DNA from: an uncultured Pseudomonadales bacterium
GTDB taxonomy: Bacteria; Patescibacteriota; Microgenomatia; UBA1400; PJMF01
Assembly: GCA_964511345.1 (NCBI GenBank)
Contig: CAZEEV010000002.1
Span: 136,863 to 200,862 of the forward strand
Length of the DNA: 64,000 nt
Reading direction: 5' to 3'
Positions 10,028 through 18,757 of the stretch are shown here, piece by piece (within the stretch, counting starts at the first letter, position 1; each line of letters starts with the position of its first letter). The notes below the pieces were generated by a model. The model ran no database searches and was not told the DNA's origin. It saw nothing but the letters and a program-made list of their open reading frames with translations. The position numbers and the translations under genes were made by a program.

Positions 10028-11022
10028 AACTTGTTATTCCACTTAGCATTTGCTTTATTATTTTGTGGGAATTGTTTACTAAGTATCCTGATGAAAACTT
10101 TCATCTGGTAGTTTGTGATGTTGGGCAAGGGGATGCCGTTCTCCTCGAGTACAAACAAATGCAGGTCTTAATCGACACTGGTCCAGACGAAAGCTTATTG
10201 ACTTGTTTAAACAAAGAATTAGGCTTTTGGGATAAAAAGATTGATGTATTAATCTTAACTCATTATGATGACGATCACATTGGTGGTTTTAGCAGCTTAT
10301 CGCAAACATATAAGATTAATTTTATTTTCCTACCCTTAACGCATTATAAGGAGAGTGAGGTTTTTCTCGAGTTAAAAACCCAAATTAATACCTTACAAAA
10401 ACAAGGCACCATAGTCAAAGAGCCGTTTTTGGGGCAACAGATTGCTTTTTCCAAAATTAGCCCTAATCACCAGGCTAAGTATAATAGTATAAATGAGCAG
10501 CAAAATTCTTTGCTTTTAACCTTTCTCACTCCCATGGCTTTAGATCTGGAAGAACAGAGATCTCTAGAGGTGACTGAGAGTTTTTTGTGGCAAGCACCCG
10601 AACAATACTTATCGGCCGAAGATTGGCAAAAAATGGCATATGAAATCAGTGATAATGACGGATCCATAGCTGTTTTTGTTCAATTTGGCGAGCTGAAAGT
10701 ATTATTGACTGGCGACCTCGAGTCTGCCAGAGAATTAGCACTACTCAATGCTAGTCTGATAACTGAGGTGGATATCCAAAAAGCAGGGCACCATGGGTCA
10801 AAAACATCATCTGCGCTGGCATTTTTAGAGAAAACCAGACCCGAAATGGTCTTAATTAGTTGTGGCTTAAATAATAAGTTTAATCACCCCAACCCAGAGA
10901 TTTTGGCCAATTTTCAAGCAATTGGTGCCGAAATTTTGCGCACTGATCATTTTGGCACGATCGAAGTAGTGAGCGATGGTCAAAAATTTTGGTTAAAGAA
11001 CAAAAAAGACAACTCTTTCTAA
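10024..11022 (+). CDS. comEC: ComEC/Rec2 C-terminal part: metallo-beta-lactamase domain encoded as a separate GTG-initiated ORF.
   Basis: HYDDDHIGG (an HxHxDH-like MBL motif) and a downstream GHHGS. Its frame opens right after an in-frame TAG at 10012-10014, and the GTG at 10024 overlaps the upstream TGA (GTGA). Confidence 0.75.
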   Translation: MKLVIPLSICFIILWELFTKYPDENFHLVVCDVGQGDAVLLEYKQMQVLIDTGPDESLLTCLNKELGFWDKKIDVLILTHYDDDHIGGFSSLSQTYKINFIFLPLTHYKESEVFLELKTQINTLQKQGTIVKEPFLGQQIAFSKISPNHQAKYNSINEQQNSLLLTFLTPMALDLEEQRSLEVTESFLWQAPEQYLSAEDWQKMAYEISDNDGSIAVFVQFGELKVLLTGDLESARELALLNASLITEVDIQKAGHHGSKTSSALAFLEKTRPEMVLISCGLNNKFNHPNPEILANFQAIGAEILRTDHFGTIEVVSDGQKFWLKNKKDNSF

Positions 11023-11547
11023 AGTTTTTTTAAAAAAAGTGTGAACCGGTAATTGGCAACGGGCAGTATTTTTGTTTCCAATTAACCCAATTACTATGCC
11101 AAATTTTTAGACACTTTGCAAGCTTTTCCATATAACTTGGGAGCATTTTTTCAATAAACCTCTGGTAAAAAACTGTTCAAAACTGACTTTTTGACGATGT
11201 TAATTTTGGAAAATAGTGTTCGTTATCTAGAATTGGTGGAGCTAATTTTTGATGAATTTTAATTCAATGAGACTCATAAATTGATAAATTTGCCAGTCAC
11301 TTTTTCTGTATTTTTATAAAAAGAAAGTCAAAAACCTGCACTTTGGGCAAAAACAACTCTTTTGGTAGGAATTCAGTCAAAATATATCTTTTATACAATT
11401 ATTGAACAATATTTTTTTGTCATAAACCACAGGTTTTTCTTTGAAAAGACTTTTTCGCAGAGAGTAAAAAATATATTCAATCTTTTTCGTCTTTCATTCG
11501 TCTTTTTTAAGGACTGGTTTTTTCTTTAGAAGTGCTAGAATAAAGGC

Positions 11548-12888
11548 ATGTTCAAAGTCTCTTTTCATGAAGTTGTTAGTGAAAAAATCGCTCACACTTT
11601 GCCAGTAATTTTGGTCGATGTCAAAAATAGCAAGTCAGTGACGACTATGTTTTTGGCAAATACTGGGGCACGTTATGAAACTAGCAAAGAAGAGGGTTTA
11701 GCTCATTTTTTTGAACACATGGTTTTCAAAGGCACTCAGCAATTTTCGAACTCTAAAATCCTAGCGGAAGCTTTGGACAGCGTTGGCGCGGACTTCAATG
11801 CTTTTACCAGCAAAGAATATACTGGTTACTATGTGCGTTCAGCGACCAGTAGCTTTTCGCTAGCGCTTGATGTGCTCTCCGATATGCTTTTTCAAGCCAA
11901 ATTAAATCAAAATGACATTGATCGTGAAAAAGGGGTGATCATTGAAGAACTAAACATGTACAAGGATGATCCACCCGCACACATTGCCGATGTTTTTGAG
12001 GAGATGATTTTTGTCAAACGAAACCTAGCTCATCCAGTGATTGGGCGCAAGGAAACCATTCAGTCTTTCACTAGCGCTGATTTTCGAAATTTTTTGAGCA
12101 AGTTTTATGCTCCAGAAAATTTATTGTTAGTAATTGCAGGAGGTTTGCAGTCTCTAGCCGCTAATGAGAGTGAGATTCTAACTCAAGTAGAAAAAGCTTT
12201 AAGTAAAATGCAAGACAAAAGGCTTGGAGAAAAGCATACTTTCCCCAAATCATTAGGCACTGATCCTACTACAATTGCTCAAAAAAGCTTCACTGAGCAA
12301 AAATTTAATTTGGTACGTAGAGCCACTGCTCAAGCCCATTTTGTGATGGCTTGGCCAGCTTTAAGTGCCAATCATCAGGATCGTTATGCTTTGCAAATTC
12401 TTTCAACGATTGTGGGTAGTAACATGAGCTCACGTTTGTTTAACCAGGTTCGCGAAGAGCGCGGCCTGGCTTATTATGTACATTCAAATTTAGATTTTTA
12501 TCACGATACTGGACTGTTTGGTTGCAGCGCGGGCGTGGATAGTAATCGTGCAGAAGAGGCGATTAAGGTGAGCAAGGCAGTCTTTACCGACTTGCTCAGT
12601 ACGAAGGCGAAAATTGACGCTAAGGAGCTTGCTAGGGCCAAAGATTACCTACGTGGCAAAACTCTGTTAAGCTTAGAAAGTAGCAATAATGTGTCTCAGT
12701 TCTTTGGTTTGCGTCAATTATTGCGTGAAGAGATACTGTCAGTTGAAGAAGTTTTGCAGAAATTTGACGCAGTAACGATTGGTGATTTAGAACGAGTGGC
12801 GAAAGCCATTGTTCGCGAAAACGAGTTGCGATTGGCGATTATTGGGGACTTTAAAAACGAAGAAAAACTACGTTTAGCAATGGCTTAA
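11548..12888 (+). CDS. M16-family zinc peptidase (insulinase-like)
   Basis: HFFEHMVFKGT inverted zinc-binding motif (HxxEH). About 450 aa, typical of the M16B family. Confidence 0.85.
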   Translation: MFKVSFHEVVSEKIAHTLPVILVDVKNSKSVTTMFLANTGARYETSKEEGLAHFFEHMVFKGTQQFSNSKILAEALDSVGADFNAFTSKEYTGYYVRSATSSFSLALDVLSDMLFQAKLNQNDIDREKGVIIEELNMYKDDPPAHIADVFEEMIFVKRNLAHPVIGRKETIQSFTSADFRNFLSKFYAPENLLLVIAGGLQSLAANESEILTQVEKALSKMQDKRLGEKHTFPKSLGTDPTTIAQKSFTEQKFNLVRRATAQAHFVMAWPALSANHQDRYALQILSTIVGSNMSSRLFNQVREERGLAYYVHSNLDFYHDTGLFGCSAGVDSNRAEEAIKVSKAVFTDLLSTKAKIDAKELARAKDYLRGKTLLSLESSNNVSQFFGLRQLLREEILSVEEVLQKFDAVTIGDLERVAKAIVRENELRLAIIGDFKNEEKLRLAMA

Positions 12889-13053
12889 TTGATAAATTAA
12901 TTTATGTTTTGATATATTAATTTATATTTAGACATATTAAAATTAAGAACTTAAGCTAAGTAAAGCTAAAATAGAGCAGTATTGATCTACTTTTATAGAT
13001 TGCTTTACATTTAAGTAAGGTTAAAAATTAGTAAAAATTAATAGAAAGGCATT

Positions 13054-13524
13054 ATGCAAATTACCAGAACCGCCGTTCTTGTCAAACCAGATGGTTTGCA
13101 AAGAGGTTTAATTGGTGAAATTATTGCTCGCTTCGAGCGTAAGGGCTTGAAATTAGTAGGTTTAAAAATGGTGCGCATGACCGATGAAATGTTGGATCAA
13201 TGGTACACCGAACACCGTGAGAAGAGTTTTTTCAAAAACTTAAAAGACTTCATGGGTTCAATGCCAATTGTGGCCATGGTTTGGGAAGGCATTGACGCCG
13301 TCCCGGTAGTGCGTAAATTGGTTGGCACAACCTTGGGTCGTGAAGCTGAGGGCGGTTCCATCAGAGGTGACTTTGGCATGAGCCAACAGATGAACCTGAT
13401 TCATGCTTCTTCTAATAATAGTGACGCTGAGCGCGAAATCGGCATTGTCTTTAATGCTGATGAGCTATTTAACTATCACAGCGTTCTAGAAGCGGTGGTT
13501 TATGCCGAAGGCGAGGCAGAGTAG
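13054..13524 (+). CDS. ndk: Nucleoside diphosphate kinase
   Basis: 156 aa. The NLIHASSN..AEREI region matches the conserved NDK active-site His region. Confidence 0.85.
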   Translation: MQITRTAVLVKPDGLQRGLIGEIIARFERKGLKLVGLKMVRMTDEMLDQWYTEHREKSFFKNLKDFMGSMPIVAMVWEGIDAVPVVRKLVGTTLGREAEGGSIRGDFGMSQQMNLIHASSNNSDAEREIGIVFNADELFNYHSVLEAVVYAEGEAE

Positions 13525-13553
13525 AGAAAAAAGTTTTTTTTAAACTAATTTTA

Positions 13554-13588
13554 AGCCGGAAGTTTTAATAAAACTTCCGGCTTTTTTA
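13554..13588 (+). terminator. Rho-independent terminator after ndk.
   Basis: A 13-bp perfect stem (AGCCGGAAGTTTT / AAAACTTCCGGCT) with an AAT loop, followed by TTTTTT. Confidence 0.8.
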
Positions 13589-13630
13589 TGCCAAGTTGTT
13601 TTAAAAAAAGAGCTGTGTCATTATGTACAT

Positions 13631-15487
13631 ATGTTTGAATTTAATCAGGGCAGGAGAGATTTCTTAAAATTAGCTACTTCTACTGGACTTGCTCTTGGTG
13701 CCAAACTTCTTTTAGATGAAATTGATTATAGAAAATACTTCGAGTCGGCTAAACAGAGCGAACCAACCTCAATGGAACAGTTAGATCTCGTGAATAATCC
13801 AGAGTATTGGGTGGGCGAGAGTAGTGAGAAGCTTATTCAAGAGTTAAGTGAATTCCTCCAAGATCAATACAGTGAAATATATTCCTCAGTACGTCAGTTT
13901 GCCTTAGAAAAAGAAAACTTTGATCTTGGTGCGTGTGAAACTGAAAAAATTGCCAAAATATTTGATAAATTTGTGGTGGATGTTGCCAAACGCGGTTCAA
14001 TGCTTGTTTATGCTCAATTGAAAAACCTCAGCAACATAAAGGGTGATATAGGCGCTAGTTATTACGAGATAGCTTCTTATGCTCAGATGTTGCTAGATTT
14101 AATTAAATTCAAAAACAAAGTTGGCTTGGAGAAATTTACTGAAAAATTTGTGAAAACAATTACAGAAGAAAACATCTCCATGATTGGTGATGATTGTGAT
14201 ATTACATCGAGTATTAATAGAAAAAATATCACTGCTTGTTGGAATTATGCTTGGCCAGATTTTGGTCAAGGATTGAGTGTAAACTCGCCAGTTGGACTTT
14301 CTTTTTTTTCAGCAGATGGCTATGAACTGGAACATAAACCTTATGTTTTTGAGTCGGATCAAAGAATTTTATCTAAAAGTGAGATAAAACCACCAGTTAA
14401 TAAAGGTGAAGATTGGCTGACAAAGAGACCAAATAAAATTGATTTATTAAATTTTGACTCTGAAGTTCAAGATTTAGTGGCCAACGAATTAAAAAAAATG
14501 GGTCTTAATCGCAGCGTTAATTCAGTCACTCTGAGCCAATCCTCTACTGGTGAGGTATTTGCTGTCACAGAAAATGGCCCAGATTACAGTGGGGTCAATA
14601 TTTATTATCCTGATGCCAAAACGATAGACAAAACGCAATATCATAACAGAGAAAGAGAGGTTCTTAAGTTAGCTGTACACGAAATTTATCACGGCTTGAG
14701 TTATAGAAGAGCACACTTGCCTATGTCTGAAAAAATGAGATTGAGAAATTTAGAACATGAGATTTTAGACATGACTGATCCATTAGCTGATTTAAAGCGA
14801 GTTTTTAATCCAGACGGCGATAATCATGGTTACATTGAAGATAACGACAATTCAATAACTCGATATTATCTTGAGCATATATCAGGCATGATTAATACCG
14901 GAGAATCCAATTCAAAGGATATGCTTGACCAATTTAGAATGATTGTAGGCATTTTAACTGAAGAAGATATTTTCCAAAAAATTAGTTTGAACGAAAAAGA
15001 CAAGGACACAAGTGGTTTGTTCGCTAGATTTGAACAAGAAATTTCTGGTTATAAAGGAGTCACAAAACTGATAGCGCAAACTCTGCTTGATCACAAAGAA
15101 TCAATTTTAAGCAGAAAACGAACTCCAGGGTTTGGTGCAGAATTAGACTATCGTTACTTTCCAGAAATTATTGTCCCGCTCGTTTTTGCTCATTTAGTTA
15201 TGTATAAACCAGATGAATTAATAAAAAGTATTTTGCCAGAAGCACGAGAGAATGATCGGGGATTAATTACCAACTACATGGCAGTTCTGCAGAAAAGAAT
15301 GAGAACCTTTATCAAATCACAAGCAAGTGAGGAATTTTTGGCAGAGCTTTTTTCAGAGGCGATGCTAACGGGTAAATATGGAAAACATGAGGTGGCATTT
15401 GTTAATGAAATAAAGCCCAAATTTGAGCAAATAATGGCTATTTTTAAGGAAAATAAGTTGGCAATGGCAGATAGCGAAATGGTCTAA
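13631..15487 (+). CDS. Putative exported HExxH zinc metallopeptidase-like protein with a twin-arginine-like signal peptide.
   Basis: N-terminal RRDFLKLATSTGLALGA (RRxFLK plus a hydrophobic stretch). An HEIYH motif (HExxH) lies mid-protein. 618 aa with no other recognisable domain. Confidence 0.5.
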   Translation: MFEFNQGRRDFLKLATSTGLALGAKLLLDEIDYRKYFESAKQSEPTSMEQLDLVNNPEYWVGESSEKLIQELSEFLQDQYSEIYSSVRQFALEKENFDLGACETEKIAKIFDKFVVDVAKRGSMLVYAQLKNLSNIKGDIGASYYEIASYAQMLLDLIKFKNKVGLEKFTEKFVKTITEENISMIGDDCDITSSINRKNITACWNYAWPDFGQGLSVNSPVGLSFFSADGYELEHKPYVFESDQRILSKSEIKPPVNKGEDWLTKRPNKIDLLNFDSEVQDLVANELKKMGLNRSVNSVTLSQSSTGEVFAVTENGPDYSGVNIYYPDAKTIDKTQYHNREREVLKLAVHEIYHGLSYRRAHLPMSEKMRLRNLEHEILDMTDPLADLKRVFNPDGDNHGYIEDNDNSITRYYLEHISGMINTGESNSKDMLDQFRMIVGILTEEDIFQKISLNEKDKDTSGLFARFEQEISGYKGVTKLIAQTLLDHKESILSRKRTPGFGAELDYRYFPEIIVPLVFAHLVMYKPDELIKSILPEARENDRGLITNYMAVLQKRMRTFIKSQASEEFLAELFSEAMLTGKYGKHEVAFVNEIKPKFEQIMAIFKENKLAMADSEMV

Positions 15488-15725
15488 ATTATATTGTGCC
15501 CCTAAGCATTTTTAATCCACACAAGGTGATTTTGGATCTGGTTGATTTAATGAATACTTTTCTACCTGATGTAAGGCGACTTGAGCTTGCTTATTAAATC
15601 TATCTCAGTATGGGGAAGGGAACTGCTATTTAATTAAAGGGGAGTATTGTTTTTTAAATTCTATTTTAAAAAGTTTTATTCCTCCTACTCCAGCATAGTG
15701 TACAAACTTCGACTATAATTAGGTT

Positions 15726-16091
15726 GTGCAGATAAAAATCAACAAGCAGTCAACTTATTCTCTTGACTCTCATTTCCAAGGTAGAAGAGTTGTTATAAAA
15801 CCTATTTTTAATGAGTTAATTTCCAAGTTAGCTAAAGAATTAGATTTTGAGTATAAGATTGGTAAGGCCTATATTGGTTTGATTAAAACCTTAGTATTTG
15901 CTTGTATCAGAATACAAACTGAGAAAATGATTTTTGAATTTACTAGTCGTCAGAAACTTGAAAGTACTCGCTTTAATAAGATTCTTCACTTTCAAAAAGA
16001 TCGTTGGGCATATTTTCTTGATATTAAAGAGTCAAAAGACATTGATGAAGAACTGATTAATTGGGTAAAAAAATCAGGAGATATTGCCTAA
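15726..16091 (+). CDS. Hypothetical protein
   Basis: Complete 121-aa ORF located next to the tRNA-Arg insertion scar. Confidence 0.4.
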   Translation: MQIKINKQSTYSLDSHFQGRRVVIKPIFNELISKLAKELDFEYKIGKAYIGLIKTLVFACIRIQTEKMIFEFTSRQKLESTRFNKILHFQKDRWAYFLDIKESKDIDEELINWVKKSGDIA

Positions 16092-16169
16092 AATCAGATA
16101 TTCTCTAAAAAAGGTAAACTGGAGGGGAGGGTGGCATATACTAAATTTAGTTGAGACTCCCAGATGGAA

Positions 16170-16190
16170 CTGTGCCCCCACCAAGAATCC
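16170..16190 (-). repeat. Duplicated 3'-terminal fragment of tRNA-Arg, forming a direct repeat with the 3' end of the intact tRNA-Arg gene (18 bp identical: GTGCCCCCACCAAGAATC).
   Basis: 16172-16189 is identical to 16323-16340. The flanking 'ct' is also shared, with a one-base G/GG difference. No 5' half of a tRNA is present next to the fragment. Confidence 0.8.
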
Positions 16191-16318
16191 ACGACTCATT
16201 CGCTTACGCTCTTTCGCTGTACTAGGAGGGTGTTTCACACTCTCCGTCGGAACTTGGAGAGTTGTTTCTTTTGCGAGAGTAGCAGAGAAACAATCAAGCC
16301 TTCGGCTCGCTTATTTCT
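16191..16318 (-). mobile_element. 128-bp insert between the tRNA-Arg 3' end and its duplicated fragment. It carries a GGAGGGTG-loop-CACTCTCC hairpin core that is also found next to tRNA-Pro. Putative miniature insertion or integration scar.
   Basis: Flanked by the 18-21 bp direct repeats described above. The core ACTAGGAGGGTG...ACACTCTCCGTCG (16231-16258) is shared with 16953-16996. Confidence 0.45.
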
Positions 16319-16319
16319 C

Positions 16320-16394
16320 TGGTGCCCCCACCAAGAATCGAACTTGGATTTAAGGTTTAGGAAACCTCCGTTCTATCCGTTAAACTATGGGAGC
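16320..16394 (-). tRNA. tRNA-Arg (anticodon CCT) with the CCA end encoded.
   Basis: Hand-folded cloverleaf: acceptor GCTCCCA/TGGGGGC (one GU pair), anticodon stem GAGGT/ACCTT, loop TTCCTAA, T-arm CCAAG TTCGATT CTTGG, then discriminator A and CCA. Confidence 0.85.
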
Positions 16395-16474
16395 TTAACA
16401 AGCTGTCTGTTACATTTGTTATTATACTGCAGATTTTAAGCTTGATGACTATATCAAAATGATATAATTAAAGC

Positions 16475-16732
16475 ATGTCAAATAAAGAGACAATTAAGCC
16501 CACTAGTTATAGTGAGCAACAATACTTGGCTTTTACAAGAGAAACTGAAGTTTTAGTGACGCTCGAAAACGTCAGAATAATTGCTACGCCAATACTTGAA
16601 GCTAGATTGGATAAAATTCAACGTAACGCATTTAATGGTAGAGAAACTTTCGAAATTTTGGAAGAAATAAATATAATCTCAGACGAACTAGAGAGACGTA
16701 AAACTAAAGGAGAAGAAAAGATTGAGGATTAG
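16475..16732 (+). CDS. Hypothetical small protein
   Basis: 85-aa ORF lying between the two tRNA genes. Confidence 0.35.
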   Translation: MSNKETIKPTSYSEQQYLAFTRETEVLVTLENVRIIATPILEARLDKIQRNAFNGRETFEILEEINIISDELERRKTKGEEKIED

Positions 16733-16762
16733 AAAAGTATCTGGTTCTTTGATTCTTAGTAG

Positions 16763-16945
16763 CTAAGATTCAGAATTTGTAGTTTCTTCTTCAAAAATTG
16801 GTTCCATTATTACTTGATACAGTAATCTGGCAAAAGCAAAATGCATGGCTTCATCTTTGGTCGTAAAAAAGGGTTTTCCATCTTTATCTTTTTCCATTAC
16901 ATATGAATCGGCCGATCCTGTGGATATTAGGTTCGTTTTTTTCAC
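16763..16945 (-). CDS. Hypothetical small protein
   Basis: 60-aa ORF. Its 5' end abuts the direct repeat next to tRNA-Pro. Confidence 0.25.
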   Translation of the reverse strand: MKKTNLISTGSADSYVMEKDKDGKPFFTTKDEAMHFAFARLLYQVIMEPIFEEETTNSES

Positions 16946-16949
16946 CGTC

Positions 16950-17042
16950 GCCCTCTTCGAGGACTAGGAGGGTGCATCGTGCTTCGCTCGATTACACTCT
17001 CCGTCGCACCCTGCGGATACTAGGCGGGGTCTCGTCTTTGAC
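16950..17042 (-). mobile_element. 93-bp insert immediately 3' of tRNA-Pro, flanked by 12-bp direct repeats (TCGCCCTCTTCG at 16938-16949 and 17043-17054). It has the same GGAGGGTG/CACTCTCC core as the tRNA-Arg insert.
   Basis: The direct repeats are exact. The core ACTAGGAGGGTG (16953-16964) and ACACTCTCCGTCG (16984-16996) are shared with the element at 16191-16318. Confidence 0.45.
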
Positions 17043-17054
17043 TCGCCCTCTTCG

Positions 17055-17128
17055 TCGGAGTGACAGGGCTCGAACCTGCGACCTCGGCGTTCCGAACACC
17101 GCGCGCTAGCCATCTGCGCTACACTCCG
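17055..17128 (-). tRNA. tRNA-Pro (anticodon CGG); CCA is not encoded.
   Basis: Hand-folded: acceptor CGGAGTG/CACTCCG, D-stem GCGC/GCGC, anticodon stem CGGTG/CGCCG with loop TTCGGAA, T-arm GCAGG TTCGAGC CCTGT. Confidence 0.85.
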
Positions 17129-17170
17129 TTTTTAAATTCACAAACTTGGGTCAGGCGACGATATTATAAT

Positions 17171-18658
17171 TTATTTCAAATCAATCACGTATAAGTTATC
17201 TGGTGAGTCTGGGCTAAAACTGGTTCTGATGATTAATTTGCTACCATCTGGCCAAGGATAAACAAAGTCATTGCTAAATGGTCCGGAATAAACAGTGGTT
17301 TTGTTTTGACCGTCATATTCCATGATTTTAATTTTGCCTTCTTCCACAAACAGTAAATGTTTGGAGTCGGGAAACCATTGCATAGTATTTAATTGAGCGG
17401 CGGTGTAGTAATTGGCAAAACTCAGAGCAGTGAGTAAATTATCTGATTTTTGCAAACGATTGAAAGCGGTGGGTGAGGCTTCGAGTGATTTAGCTACAGC
17501 CTCTTCTAAATCATCGGCTAAAACAATTTTTTCTGTGCTGATTTCTTCCTTGTTTTCGCCATTAGTTTTGCTTGAAGCAGTGGCGTCCGCTGTTGGATTT
17601 AATAAATCTGGCAAAGCTGCCACAGTGGCGACTTTGAAGTTCTTATCTTCTTCACGATCATAGACATAGATGGCGCCTGGTTCCAAAGTGCGGGTTTCTT
17701 CTTGAGTATTAGTGGAAGGGACTGGTGGCACGATGTTTTCAGCTAAAGTGGCTGAATCTGTAGCAGTATAGAGCAATCTTTTTTTATCCGGAGAAAGATA
17801 AACATTTTTAGCAGCAGTTTTGGTTAGTTCAAGTATTTCTTTGGGGAATTTAGCTAAAAACTGTCTTTCGCGTAAATAAATTTCTTCTTCCCATTGAGCG
17901 AGAATATCTTTTTTCTGGAAAGAAATGTCTTTTTGTTCAGACAAGTTGACTTTTTTCTCAATACTAACCAAAAACTCTTTATTCTTGGCAAGAATAATAA
18001 ACTCAGTACTGTCTGGAGACCAAATAATTTTGGCTTGAGCCAATTCTAAATCACTAATATCATCAGTTACTTGTTTAGGACCACTTTGGAGAGACAAGAA
18101 ATTACTATTAAGATCCAATACATAGAAGCCATTTTTTAGTTGTGAGCTTGCTTGATTAGTAAAAAAGAGAATTTTTTGCCCATCAGGTGAAGGATTAATA
18201 TTATCAATGCCAGTGAAAGTGAGAGGGGTAATGCTAGGTGCAGAAGGAAACAGTAAGGCATTGCTTTGAGTGACTAATTCACTTTGAATAGTTAAAGTTT
18301 TATACCAGGGTGAATAACCTTCTTTGATGATTTTAACTTGATAAACATCTGGTTCCAAATAAATGGTGTCATCAGTAGCAGTAATCAATTTGTCATCAAT
18401 AAAAACTTGAGCGCCAGTGGGAAAAGAGTTGGCGTTGAGTAGGCCAGTATTGGCTACAATTCTATTATTTGCCACTCGCCAGCTACCACGAGCATATTGA
18501 ATAGCAAAATAACTACCTAAAGCAATAATAGCAATGGACAAAAAAGTATAAACCACTCTCGAGCTCAAAATCTTGAGCACGCGATTGAGGAATTTTTTAG
18601 ATCTTGTCATATTTAGAAGTAATTCTAGATCCTTTATGTTTATAGACAGCGACTGCAA
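17171..18658 (-). CDS. Membrane-anchored PEGA-domain protein with a TolB-like (PD40) beta-propeller.
   Basis: N-terminal TM helix. A PEGA-like segment (...VFIDDKLI...YQVKIIKEGYSPW). Repeated SPDG/SPDS/SPDK/WPDG propeller-blade motifs. Confidence 0.6.
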   Translation of the reverse strand: MQSLSINIKDLELLLNMTRSKKFLNRVLKILSSRVVYTFLSIAIIALGSYFAIQYARGSWRVANNRIVANTGLLNANSFPTGAQVFIDDKLITATDDTIYLEPDVYQVKIIKEGYSPWYKTLTIQSELVTQSNALLFPSAPSITPLTFTGIDNINPSPDGQKILFFTNQASSQLKNGFYVLDLNSNFLSLQSGPKQVTDDISDLELAQAKIIWSPDSTEFIILAKNKEFLVSIEKKVNLSEQKDISFQKKDILAQWEEEIYLRERQFLAKFPKEILELTKTAAKNVYLSPDKKRLLYTATDSATLAENIVPPVPSTNTQEETRTLEPGAIYVYDREEDKNFKVATVAALPDLLNPTADATASSKTNGENKEEISTEKIVLADDLEEAVAKSLEASPTAFNRLQKSDNLLTALSFANYYTAAQLNTMQWFPDSKHLLFVEEGKIKIMEYDGQNKTTVYSGPFSNDFVYPWPDGSKLIIRTSFSPDSPDNLYVIDLK

Positions 18659-18757
18659 TGAGTGTAGAAAAGACTGTCAACTTAAGGAAGTTGATAATTT
18701 TCGTCTAACGTGTCTGTCATTTAAAGAACAAGGATCTGAGTGTTATTATAACAAGCA

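Noticed and set aside
16084-16439. Track ORFs 16084..16353 (+) and 16164..16439 (+)
   Set aside because: They overlap tRNA-Arg, its duplicated 3' fragment and the hairpin-containing insert. Their translations are low-complexity read-through of structured RNA/repeat DNA.
16903-17109. Track ORF 16903..17109 (+)
   Set aside because: It overlaps tRNA-Pro and the GC-rich 93-bp insert, and its Arg/Ser/Pro-rich translation is typical of GC-rich non-coding sequence.
18573-18757. 5' extension of the mreB ORF back to 18573
   Set aside because: It would overlap the 5' end of the convergent PEGA/propeller gene by about 85 bp, and its translation (MSTRLRNFLDLVIFRSN...) has no MreB similarity. The conserved actin-fold start is at about 18758.
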